The notes beneath the pieces were generated by a model. That model was given only the letters and a program-made list of their open reading frames with translations, did not search any database and was not told the DNA's origin. Shown one piece after another: positions 22,452-34,460 of a stretch of DNA of 64,000 nt (the stretch's first letter is position 1; every line of letters begins with the position of its first letter). The stretch covers positions 8,680,001-8,744,000 of the forward strand of contig OZ193910.1 in NCBI GenBank assembly GCA_964276515.1, written 5' to 3'. This DNA is from Gordius albopunctatus. Lineage: Eukaryota. The translations under genes and the position numbers were made by a program.

Positions 22452-24727
22452 TAGAGGTCTGCATGGGCCGGGGTGCGGGCCGGGCTTGGGCTTTGAAAAG
22501 TGAAAATTTTGAAATTATTTATTTTCATACTCTAATTTTAATATAGAAACAAAAAAATGCACTTATTAGCTTAATGATTAAAAAATTGATTTTTCCAAGC
22601 AAATCTGGTGGAACTCAAAAATCATAATGTTAAAAAGTTTGAATGAGATGTATGATAAACTAGTAATTTTTAATCTGGCAAAGATTCAATGGAAAAATTT
22701 GAAGGTATATTACCTTTTGAAAAGGCAAGTATCAAGTTAGAAGCGGATAAGACACGAACACTCTATAAAATATTACCCTTTTATACATCATTAAAAAGCA
22801 TCCCAAATTTGTTTCCTTCAACTACGTGTAATGATGATCCTGTTGACTTAAAGATTTGTGGTGTTGCGTCCTATACCTCGCGGAGGTGTTGCGTCAATTA
22901 ACTTAATTGTCTCATTTACATTACCTTACTACTTCACGACGTTTAATTGACCAATCAAGCATACACCACTAAACTTGATTGATTTATTCAATTAATTCAC
23001 GAGTATATAAAAGGAATTTAAAACTTTTTTTACTCACTTACTTTTCTTCCAACGATTTAATTTATATTATACAATAAAGTAATTATACTTTATCCTAACT
23101 ATCAAACTAGCCCGAAATTGGTGACCCCGCTCGGGGGAGCCCATTTTTTTTTTTAAAACTCCCCCTGAATGCGCCTTTAAACAACAACAACGTCTGCCGA
23201 ACGCCCAACCAATGTTTTGCGCATGGCCCATCACAAAAACGATAACGCCACATGGCCTCTTGCAACGAGCAAAGACTACGTTCGGCAAAGCGATACCACG
23301 ACATGGTCTCTTGTAACGAGCAAAGACTACGTTCGACAAAACGAACAACCTACTACCGATGTTCTCACCACCGCTTACCGGTTTAGTTGATGACCGATTG
23401 CAATTCCAATATAGATACCTCTGCCCGCGGCATGGATCTTATTAATATATTGGATAGCATCACAACAACATACACGCAACTCACACCTCGGTCACCTCAC
23501 TAACAACCACGGTAGGCGGAGACAAAACTGGCTGGTAGTACGAACATCCTTTACACATACTTTACATCAACCAAAAAAAAAAAAAAATTTTTCAATTTTA
23601 AGTAACGCTCCACGTCTACGAAGGAGACTATTTGTGGTGTTGCGTCCTATACCTCGCGGAGGTGTTGCGTCAATTAACTTAATTGTCTCTTTTACATTAC
23701 CTTACTACTTCACGACGTTTAATTGACCAATCAAGCATACACCACTAAACTTGATTGATTTATTCAATTAATTCACGAGTATATAAAAGGAATTTAAAAC
23801 TTTTTTTACTCACTTACTTTTCTTCCAACGATTTAATTTATATTATACAATAAAGTAATTATACTTTATCCTAACTATCAAACTAGCCCGAAAGATTTAT
23901 CTACAAATTTAAGTCAAGAGCCCAAACTATGCTAATTTCAAAGTTTAATATCGATAGTTATCATAAAACATAAATTGCATAGCAATTAATATCAATCTTT
24001 CTCGTTTCTTAGTTTCGCACGATGAAAATTCTACCCAAGTTTGAAAGAAACTTCTTAAAAACTACGGTAAAAATGTTTTAAAGAAATCCATGTAAGAAAA
24101 TCCTGGCTCTTCCGACATAGATCTTCTTGCATAAGTGGTCCAACTATGATTAATCCAGCTCAGGTGTGCAACACTAAGCAATTATCTATTTTTTTATTTG
24201 GGACGATGATGAAACGGAAAAAGTGAAGATTTCCACGAAGTTGATACATCTTAAATCAAATCTAAACCTGAGGATGCTCAGCTAGATGTATTTTTATGGT
24301 CGAAACACCAACTTATGTTAGTTACCAAACTTACCAAAATTAGCTAGTCAATTTTTGTCAAAACCAATGGCTACGGCTACAAGTGAACTCACATTCAGTA
24401 AGGCAAGTCGTCTTATATAACAGAGAAGAACGAAATTATTGCCTGATAAAATATATATTCTTTTAGTTTTAAATGACAATATTAAATTGTAATTTTTAAT
24501 TAGAACCGATTTTATATGCTATATTTAAATTATTTCACAAACAATACAAAAAAAAATTTATACAAATAAATAATTTTGAAACAGCGTAGACTTGTTTTTA
24601 CTCGTGCGGGCCTGATGCGGCGCAATTTTTAGGATTTTATTGCGGGCCGGGTGCGGGCCAAAAAATTTATATTTGTGCGGGTATGGGCCGGGCCTGAACC
24701 TAAAATTTCGGCCCATGCAGACCTCTA
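22452..24727 (+). mobile_element. Second copy of the same hAT family nested in inverted orientation
   Basis: 19-bp TIR TAGAGGTCTGCATGGGCCG; TSD ATTGCCTC/ATTGTCTC (7/8); transposase relics on + (PFEKASIKLEADKTRTL, ATATSELTFS), 5' part deleted. Confidence 0.88.
22857..23893 (+). mobile_element. TRIM-like non-autonomous LTR retrotransposon
   Basis: 261-bp LTRs (22857-23117, 23633-23893) differing at one visible base; PBS TGGTGACCCCG (23119-23129, tRNA-Trp type); purine tract GAAGGAGA before the 3' LTR; TSD GATT (or AGATT); 515-bp internal region without gag/pol. Confidence 0.92.
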
Positions 24728-27586
24728 ATTGTCTCAAATGGCTGAAGATCAACAGCAGAAAATGCTACACATCTTGAAATTAGTTCTTTTTTTCTTGTGC
24801 AAAATGTTTACTGTTGGAAGGGCCGTAAAAAGATGTAAGTTTGGCAGAGATATATTAAATTTTCCCTCAAAATAATACTGTTTAAATAGCAAATTTTTGT
24901 TAGAAAAAATAAATTTTTTATCATCAAGATAATAAATGCATTTTTTTGTGTCAATACTATAATGATAGTATAGAGTTTAATATATTTAATTTTTTTCACT
25001 TATCAAAGCCCAAGCCCGGCCCGCACTTTTTTTAGTGCTCATTTTCAGGTCCGGCCCAGCCCGCGGGCCGGCCTGGCCCCTGCAGACCTCTAGAAAGGAT
25101 CTTAGTAACAAGGCTGAAAAACGATGTGGAAATATCGGCTAACCAATTCGGATTTGTGGCCGGCAAATCCACGATCGACCCAATCTTATCACTAAGACAC
25201 GGTCCCTCGCGTATTTAATATAGTGGTGCCTGAGAATAAAATGTATCCCTGACGCATATATAAGGCTTATAAAAAATATTTTTGAAGCCTCAAACTCTTG
25301 CATTAGGACGACGGTTGGAGACTCTAAACCTTTTCGGGTTAAAATTGGATTACATCAAAGATCTGCTTTACGTCCCTTTTTTAAATATAATTAAAAACAC
25401 GATAACGAAAGACATTCAAAGCCATCGCCATGGTGTATGCTATATGCCGATAATATAGTACTATGCGAGGAAACAAGGGAGAAAGTATTCGAAGCAGCCG
25501 AAAATTGGTCAAGGCGCTTGGCTGGATATGGTTTAAAGGTCAACGATCGAAAATCGGTATATACGGAAATGAACGTTACAGGCAGCCCATCGCTGAATGA
25601 CCATCTAAAATACCCAAAAGTAGACAGGTTTACATACCTCGGCTCGATGATACATCAAGAGGGAGGTTGCGCAACAGAAGTCAATGCTCGGTTTTAAAAA
25701 GGATGGCTTAAATTGCGAAGTAAATCTGGTGTAATGTGCGAAGACAAAGTGCCAATATGGTTAAAGAGCAAAGCTTACAAATCTATCGTAAGACCGGTGT
25801 TACTGTGAAACACTGCCATTAAGCACCACGGAAGGAAAGCAATTACAAGCCACAGGGATGAGAATGATAAGGTCGAGCTTGGGATATACTAAGCTCGACT
25901 ATATGACGAATGACTTTCTCATGACAAAATGGGTATTCAACCTATGGATGACATGATTAAAGATCGGATAAGGTGGTATGGGCATATAATAAGAAGGGAC
26001 ACGGATGACATGGAGGTACCGGGGAGTGAGGAAGAGGACGACCCCGTGTCACGTGGAAAGGGCAAGTCGACAAAGTTATGAAAGCAAAGAAGATTAGTCA
26101 AGACATGGAATTCACTCCGTCATGATGGAAGAAACTTATTAAAACAAATCCCACGACTGTGGGATCAAATAACTGATAAAGAAGAAGATTTATTGTAAAC
26201 ATTCTTACAATTATTTTACTTGGCATAATGTAGTATAGAGCAGGGTTTAGGGCGGGGGCAACCGCCTTTCCTGGATTAACGGAAAATTGCTTTTTAATTT
26301 TAGATTTCAAAAAATCTTAATATACGACATTTTTTTATAAATCATAAATCGACATCATATTTAATCCTTACCATTATAAGAATAAAACACTAAACCTAAC
26401 CCATAATAATAGATAATTTATTAAGTCCATTCAACAATCACCCGTGAGTTAAATTTTGTTTTTTAATTATATTTCACAACACTAAAAACATTAATTATTC
26501 ATTGTATTATTTTGTTATAAATATTTGTGCGTTATCCCAAATTTTGCTAGATTTGCTCATCGTTATTTGCTCTCGAGCCAACATTATCTACCATAATTTG
26601 CATAGCAAATTTGCTACATTCGGAGTATGGACGAGTTTTGTAAGAACAATACCCCAAGGTCCAAGGCGAAAAAACGAAATCCAGGTCAGTTATCTAGTGG
26701 GGCAGCCTCCAAGGGCCCCTCCCTTCCTCCGCCCTTTGATCCCCCCTGGTTTTTATAAATTTTTAATAGATTAAAACGTATAAAAAGTTTTCTATGGATT
26801 GGTATATCAGAATTAAATGCTGTGGTAGTTAGATAGCCTCGACACTAAGAGTAATTAGAAGTTTTACCAAATATAATTTTTTCCTGTAAATCGGATATTT
26901 AAATTGAATTTAGAGATTGAACAACAATTTGGGATGAAAGACCACAGCATTTAAAACCTGCATCAAAGCAGACCTATACCCATTTTTGTAAATATTTAAT
27001 TTAGATAAAATTGATGTTAATATGAACGTCTACAAATTACTCGATGCTTTGGACCTAGCCGCAAGAAGCTCCGCCCTTGAGCCTCGCCAGGCCTGCGCCC
27101 TTAGACAACTAGCGATCGTTAGCTAGAAGCTAAAACCTTTTCCACAATCATAAATTCCATTATAATCCAAGGTGGACATGAGAGAGCATATTTTTCACCG
27201 AAAGCGAAATTTGTTTTAGATTTGTTATTAAATTACAATAAAATGGGATTAAGAGGAAAATTTATAAATAGATGAAAGGGAATTTTTTTAGGTTAACACA
27301 ACATACGGCATTTATATGAAATAAAAGTTTATTTTATTTACATTATTTACTATTTACACTTTGTTACATTTTTTAAAGTGACTATTCAGAGTTAATAGCA
27401 ACTTTACAAGGCGTTTATTTGTAGTTAAACAAATTTTGGTATTGATCATTTTTGCCAAATCGGTTATTAATATCCCGAGAATGTTATGAGAATTTTTCTC
27501 ATTTTTTAAATGACACGTTTCAATTTTGGAAATGTGGGACGAACGATGAAGTTTTAATTAAAACGCGATGAATTAGCGGACAGTTC

Positions 27587-30500
27587 TTAGGTTTTCGAAC
27601 AAAGTTTAATTTTAGAGTGGTGCTTTTTATTTTTACAATTTTTTGCTTTGCACTTAATTTGATGATTATATTTAACATCAATAGCCTCTTTTTTCTGGAT
27701 GGTCAAGTCCGTTACAAGATTGTGATGATGATGATGATGATGATTTATTTTTGATGGTCGTAAATTGGATTCTAATATCCTTTCGGGTAAATGTATTTTA
27801 AGTTCTTGTAATGAATAATTCTGCTTCAATTTGCTGCGCAAGCATCGGTAATAAAGTACTAAGATTATAATACCTAGGAAAAATGCTAAATAACTGGACA
27901 AAAATTGTATAAGCAGATGTTTTATCGACGTGTTGTTCATCTGGTGTAACCATATGGTGACCATTAGGGTATTTTCGATAAACATTAAAATATAATACGT
28001 AGTTATGCGAAGCCTCAGATTTTTTGGCTCAAAATTAAAAAACACAAATATGTACACACTTCCTATTGTTAGTGAGAGTATAAATTTACTTATAACTCTT
28101 AAAAATTTTCTCTTGGGAATGGAATATTTCTGCGTTTGATTCGATTTTTTGCACGATAATTCTGACGTTACTATTTTTTGCAGGTATAAATTTGATAAAT
28201 CGGTAGTTATGGGTTCGACAAAATCCCCTTCATATACTAATTTTTGGCGATATAAATAAATTATCATGAGTAACCAATGAAACGCTCCGATTAACAGAGC
28301 CCAATTCATGCAATAAAAAGCGAATAAGAGGAATATGATGGATCTTGAGCCGAATAAAAAGGCGTTTGATAACGTTTTAAGAATAACTCCAAGCCAAGTA
28401 AAGTGCAAACCATGACAATTTTTGGTGTTGTTTGAATTTAGATAATAAAATACTGCTTTGTCATATGTAGCCAAAGACCAGGATAAATTAAATAATGACA
28501 AACTCGCCGAACTTAGGAGTAACTCTAATGAGAGGTTACCGATCAAGGTGGGAATGTTTATGGATGAAATCACAGATTGGCACAGTTCTACGTTTTGTTT
28601 TACATATTTTGCACCTTGTGTTTTTGCATAAATTTCAGTAGATATTAAAATATATGATTTTAGGAGAAACATAGGGAGGCACTGCAGAGTTGTCTGGTAT
28701 AGGCGTATTATTGAAAGCCGACAGAATTCCAGCCTTTGTCGATTCGTAAGATTTTCATCCAAATTTTTAGATGGCGAGATAAATATTTTGCAATGTCGCC
28801 AAACAACGTGAAGTTGTAGAATATGCAATATAATTAATGGCAATAGTTCGGTTAACAGTGTTTTCTTATATGCCCGCGAGTTTTGGTAAGATTTTAAGAT
28901 AGTCACTTCATCCTTGAATAGAATTGGTGCTATTATTAATAGGAATTAATATATTTTCAGATAAAAATTTATTTAATCTAGTCCCTAAAATTAAAACCTT
29001 GCCGAAAAATTTACCTATCAAATAACTAAAAAGCTTTCCTCTTTTATTGGTTGTCATTTTTGAGGCAAATAATGACTCTCTTATATTTAATAAAACCCTT
29101 GTAGTTGAAAATTTTAAGTTGTTTAGGCATCTAATAAGGATTATCGCTATCTAAAAGATTGTCCAAATCGAAATATGTTTCATCGCTACAGAATTGACTA
29201 AGATATATCTTTTTCTTACTTATACTTAACCTATAAACATGATTTTGTTGAAATTTTCGTAGACTCAAGTTCTACTTAAAAACTATAAAATTTAATTTTT
29301 ACCCTACAGATAGATGATACCCAGTGTTGATACCTCATATATTTACAATAATAAAATAAGTTTGAACTTTGTAACAGGTCTTATTTATAGATTGAACAAA
29401 TATGCAGTATAAATGATGTAATTGTATTGAAACAATGCCTATCGACATGGTCGTCGTAGCCAGGTTTGGGGGGAGGGCAAAATTTTTTAATTCTTAAGTG
29501 TTTTTGACGTAAAAAATTTTTTGTTTCCACCCTGGCTACGCCTATGCCTATCGACTCCATATTATCGGCACAGATTTTAATAATGTCTAATGAAGGTGGA
29601 TAGAAGGGAAGCGATTGATTTTGAGCGAAAAGGCGTGAGCTCCCAATTAGGGGAGACCGTAGCTATCTCGACCATAAAAAATCAAATAAGGTCTGGACAA
29701 AATTTTCAATAGATTTTCATGAACATTTCTCATAAAAATGTTCTTGGCTACAATATATATTAGAGGGAAAAATATTATAGCAACACAGTTGATATATTTT
29801 TTATAGCAGGGTTTCAAACAAAGATAACTCGTATAACTTCGAAAACCGGGGTCAAGGTGATTTTAAAATTAGGCTAAGGTTTCTTCTCTTTTTTAAATTC
29901 ATAAATAACTTAAGTACATATGCTTCAGGCGCGTAGCCAAGGGGGCAGAAAGCGGAAATTTTCTGCCCCCTTGACCAACATTTGAAACTTTTTTGAAGGT
30001 CCATGTCCCTTTTTAAGGTATAAAATCGATAGTAAATGCTCTGATTAATGAAGAGAGGAGATTTTTCTAAAGCTGGTTATATAGCGCCTTGAAGTTTCGC
30101 ATATATTGTAAGCGAAGTTTACTTTTGTTACATTATAAATAAAAATGTCGAAAATTTTTAGAATTTTTCTTCCCCCTTGAGAAAATCCTGGCTACGCGCC
30201 TGATATGCTTAAATTTCTAAAATATGAAAAACTTATAGTTTTATAAAATTTAAGAAGATTTTTACCCTCATAATTAATGTTCTTCATAGATATATTTTCG
30301 GAGCTAAATGTGAACTTAAATTTGTTTAACGATTTCCTTTATCCTGATATTATTTCTTAATTTAAAAGAACATGATGTTTTTTGGTTTACAGGATACATA
30401 GTTATTTTTTTGATAGCAATTATGGACCAAGCTTAATTAATGAATGATTAAAAGGAAACGATAGCAACGCTCTCGATAGCCCCGGGGTGATCATTTCACT

Positions 30501-31777
30501 TTTAGTTGAGTTCAAAGATCATTAAGTTTTTCAAAATTATATATTTACACATAAATCATATAAAAAATTTTATTCCTTTACCTATAAAATTAGTTAAAAG
30601 ATGAGGGAACACGTTATTTTTGAGTAATTTATAAAATTCGAAAATATAAAAAAAAGTTGCTTTATCTTATTAACTGCCTAATTTTTCTTAATAAGAGTTA
30701 ATCCAAATATTTTACGTGACCAATACGTGCCTTAATAAAATACATATATGATTCAAATTTGAGAGCAAAATAAATATAAATGGCAATATTATTTAAGGGG
30801 ACGTGTATGACCGACCCGGTAAACATACAGCGCCGGTCTCCCCTATAATTTTGGAATCTAAAATTAAATATATTTTAAATAAGAATTAAGCTTTAGTACA
30901 TCAATTAGGACAAAGATTAAGAAAAAATAGAGATTTAATTTATTATGAATTCATTAAAATTGTCCAAAGTGGTATAAACACCGTTTCTAATCTTTCCTCT
31001 TACCATTTTTGATGGAAAAATTACTGGAATAATTTTAATATATTTTAATCAAAGTTTGGAGGTGGGTACAAGTGTACCCTGGGTGCTATGCTACAAATAA
31101 ATTCTTTGGCGCCAAAATATAGGAATATAAAAAATTTGATACAAATCGTCAAAAGAACAATGACATATTTGTAACAAAGATCACAAACTACTTTCATCTA
31201 GCTATCGCAATTGTCCCTCCTAACTATAGGTTACCCTAACTAAATCATGCCTCGCATATTACAAACAACTTGTCAAACACACCTAATTTACTAAATAAGA
31301 TATGTTGAACGCTGATTTCATGTTATTATCACAATAACCTACCAAAATTTTATACATATAAATTATGCCAAAACCCTGATTAAAAATGAAAGTTTTCCTA
31401 CTGTCTGCCAAGGCGTGGGCTTTAGCTCTTGCAATGGTCGCTATCCTGAATTCCAAGTTACACCAATTCATTGAGACAATTTGAATGACGACGGATGATA
31501 CGATTAAGCAGGTACAAGCTAACCAAAACCAAAGGATAGGTCCGCTCTCACAATATACCGATTTATGAGTGACATGTACCCTTATGGATTCGTACAATTT
31601 TAAGTTGTATAGGGCATGTATGATTGCCGCGTCGAATATAATGACACAAAGGTAGGATGTCAGAGAGACCACCGTAAAAATGACGTCGCAAAATGGTATA
31701 AAGCCAGACCAGGGGGCATTGGCAGCACCGATATTTGAGGTTGGCCGTGTTAAATGAAATGCCGCATTTGAACTCAT
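27587..31777 (-). CDS. XK-related (Xkr/CED-8 family) multi-pass membrane protein, ~572 aa
   Basis: Exons 31402-31777 and 27587-28929 join in phase (GAC A|CA CCA). XK-like motifs LHILQL..VWR, RLYQTTLQCLPMFLLKSYI, LSWSLATY, SRSIIFLLFA, HWLLM, YIFVFFN, YYILMFIENT, LYYRCL. Confidence 0.88.
29446..29546. mobile_element. hAT-type MITE (CGTAGCCAGG family), 101 bp
   Basis: Imperfect TIRs; perfect 8-bp TSD CCTATCGA. Confidence 0.8.
29926..30202. mobile_element. hAT-type MITE (CGTAGCCAGG family), 277 bp
   Basis: TIR CAGGCGCGTAGCCA; perfect 8-bp TSD ATATGCTT. Confidence 0.9.
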
Positions 31778-32059
31778 GTTGTGGATGCTTCAATCAGGGC
31801 CAATTTACCCTAAATACAAAAGATTCTAATATAAATATTACAACAACGATTCGATGAAAAAATGTTATTCCTATATATAATGATGGGTAATAAGCAACAT
31901 AGTATATACGAGTTATAAATAATTTATAAAGGCGACTCTATCCCTAAATTTAATTCGAAATTTGTCATAATATAGTATATAATAGCTTATATTTTACATT
32001 TTCAAGATGGCCAAACAATTAAAAATTATTTGAAAAAAGGCCTACTTTTAAAAATAAAC

Positions 32060-32590
32060 AGGGGCCACCTACAGGCGACATTAGGGACAGAAATTTTATT
32101 AAATGGTTTATACGTGAAATAAAGTAGTCAGTTATATTGGAAAGATGACCAACAATGAAGGAAAGGCCTGACATTGCGGTGTGATTATCATTGCTGCATA
32201 CAACGCAGCGCCGCTGAGGATACTCGCGTTTCTGATCTTGATAAAGCTAAGATTTAGAGTTCATTTAATTTGGGCAATTTCTAATTAAAAACTGCAAAGT
32301 TTAATGTTTTTGTTGTTGTTAAGGTGATAGAGCTGTCAGGAATTTTGCTAAGGCGCATTTAACCAAAATAATGGGAAGTACGATTTTCTGCCCCCAAATA
32401 GATATTCTTGGGGCATAAACATTTAATCAAAGCGATAGATCTACACCGCTTATAAATTTATTACACATCTTTAGGAATTGAACCCACATTCTTTCCCTGG
32501 ATTTTTGAATGATTTAAAATAGGTAATAGGCGTGACACCGTGAAAAGCATGGTTAAGATTATCGTGCCACCGTACTGGCATGACTTTAAT
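32060..32590 (+). mobile_element. Possible LTR-retrotransposon integrase relic
   Basis: Degenerate 'QLYWKDD..CDYHCC' and 'LGIEPTFFP...RRDTVKSMVK..PYWHDF', loosely like integrase Zn-finger and core; many stops. Confidence 0.4.
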
Positions 32591-32763
32591 ATTTCTTTTC
32601 GAAATGAATCCTCTTTCTATTTTTCATGATGATTTTTATTTCCTAAAGCCAATTTAATAATTAAGGAATTGTATAGAAATTATAAAAATATAAGTTATAA
32701 AGGACAAAATCTAAAGGTAGTCTTTTAATTAAGTCCAGTATGACAGCTTCAACTCGTCCTATT

Positions 32764-33070
32764 GAGGGGTTTGAACCCGCCCAAAATAAAATCGGGTTCG
32801 GGTACAGGTTCGGGTTCAAGAAATTATATTAAAAATGCCAGAAACATAAAAATATTGAAATTAACATCGTATAGTTTTCGTTTCATTGTCATGATAGAGA
32901 AAACTGAGATATTCAATTCACAATATATTTTTGAATTACCCGTACGTACCCGAACCCTTTTTTGTGTTCATCGGATTCGGGTTTTAAGGGTATTTTTAAA
33001 AATGGGTTCGGGTTCTCAAAAACATCGGGTTTTACCCGGTTCGGGTTAAGGGGTTCGGGACAAACCCCTG
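32764..33070. mobile_element. hAT-type MITE with GGGTTCGGG subterminal repeats
   Basis: TIR (C/G)AGGGGTTTG; TSD GTCCTATT/ATCCTATT (7/8). Confidence 0.75.
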
Positions 33071-33365
33071 ATCCTATTCAAATATGCTTGACGAAAGAAA
33101 ACATGGCCATAAGAAGGGCCATAATGATTTAGGGAGGGGCAAAATGAACATTTTTTGAAATTTTAGGCATACTTTTAATAAATTTCAACAAATTTTTAGA
33201 TTTAGAGGGGGGCACCCCCCCCCTGGATACGCTCATGTTTTAAGGTAATAATAAGATAGATGTTTTAGTGGCATTATGTGGCAAATTCTAAAAAAAATAT
33301 CATAAAATCAAAAAGAATTATAAAGTTTTAAACTTGGCTCACATTAAAATTATTAGTGGAACCCA

Positions 33366-34460
33366 CAGAGCCCTGCAAAGTCACTTTTTTTTAAATTCGA
33401 ACCCGACCCGAAAGCGTTCAAAATTTTTCAACCCAAACCCGACTAGACCCGAAAGTGTTTTTAACCAGAACCCGATCGGACCCGAAAGTAAAAAATAGTT
33501 TTTGGCGTAAAATTGATTTTGATAGTTTTAAATGGCAACAAAATGTTATCTACTTAAAAAACAGATTTCACAACATTTAAAACATGTTTGCCAGAAATGA
33601 AAGCATTAGGAAAAAAATGCATTTATAAAAGATTTTAATTGTATTTCATCCAAAAAACAAGCCATTCATTATCTTCAATAGGCGCCATAAAAAAATAAAA
33701 GGCTTGCTATATTAAAATGAGTCTGTCTGCTGTATTATCAATTAATTTTTATTTTAATGCTAATAATGGTTGTGGTAATATTCTGCGGAAATGAAAGGAA
33801 AAAATTGGATAATTTTTTTAAAAACAATAATATTTTGAATTCCGTTTGTAAAATAATGATTTTTATAAATCTTAATCATTCGTTTAATAAATAATCATGA
33901 TAATTTTACTTTGTTCAAGTGTAGGCGGTAAAACAAGGTGAAACATTAATATTTAAAAAATAAAAATGGGATTTCAGAAAATCCATGGGCGTAGCCAGGG
34001 GGGGCAGGGGTTCCCCCGATTGAAGAAAAACTATTTTTCAATGCAAAACCCTTAAAAATTAAAAAGAATTATGTTTTGCCCCCCCCCACCCCTAATCGCA
34101 AACCTAGCTACGGGGATAAGAAAATCGTTAACAAGTTTTGTGATATCAATTATATGTTTATCATAAATTATAACATCAGAGTTTAAAATTGCGCAAATCC
34201 CAAAATGAAATGTAAATAACAAGGAAATAAATGATGGAATGAGATAAATTAATCATACATTTCGATATCAATTAATATATATAATGGCATTAATTTAAAA
34301 GATATGCCTTGTATGCAATGTAAGGTTCATAACCTAAAACCCGACCCGGGCCCGACCCAAAAGCTTTTAAACCCGTATCCGACCCGACCCGAAAGCATTT
34401 TAAAAATTTAAACCCGAACACGATTCGACCCGAGGTCGGGGATCACCGTGCAGGGCTCTA
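33366..34460. mobile_element. hAT-like non-autonomous element with ACCCG subterminal arrays and a nested small MITE (~33984-34095)
   Basis: TIR (C/T)AGAGCCCTGCA; ACCCGACCCG arrays at both ends; no clear TSD. Confidence 0.7.

Larger units (their letters stand above)
20929..25092 (-). mobile_element. Hermes/hobo-like hAT transposon (outer copy, disrupted transposase)
   Basis: TIR TAGAGGTCTGCA(T/G)GGGCC; perfect 8-bp TSD GAAAGGAT (20921-20928, 25093-25100); transposase motifs DLQPFE, ILPHPTTISRHI, TTDLY, QDVETRWN, LEADKVPTL, WWKEH, IPATSATSERTFS. Confidence 0.93.
18858..26188 (+). mobile_element. Degenerate RTE-clade non-LTR retrotransposon interrupted by nested elements
   Basis: Endonuclease relics (ICLQETWW, IDYLLI, QHRPLVMD), KANGPDGIP, ECGNYRGIKL before the hAT; NQFGFV, LYADNIV, FTYLGS after it; AAGAAGAAGA tail at ~26179-26188. 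5' boundary approximate, no TSD found. Confidence 0.88.

Noticed and set aside
23067..23348. Minus-strand ORFs with a repeated peptide
   Set aside because: Antisense translation of the TRIM internal tandem duplication.
32762..33049. 95-aa GS-rich ORF
   Set aside because: Translation of MITE GGGTTC repeats.
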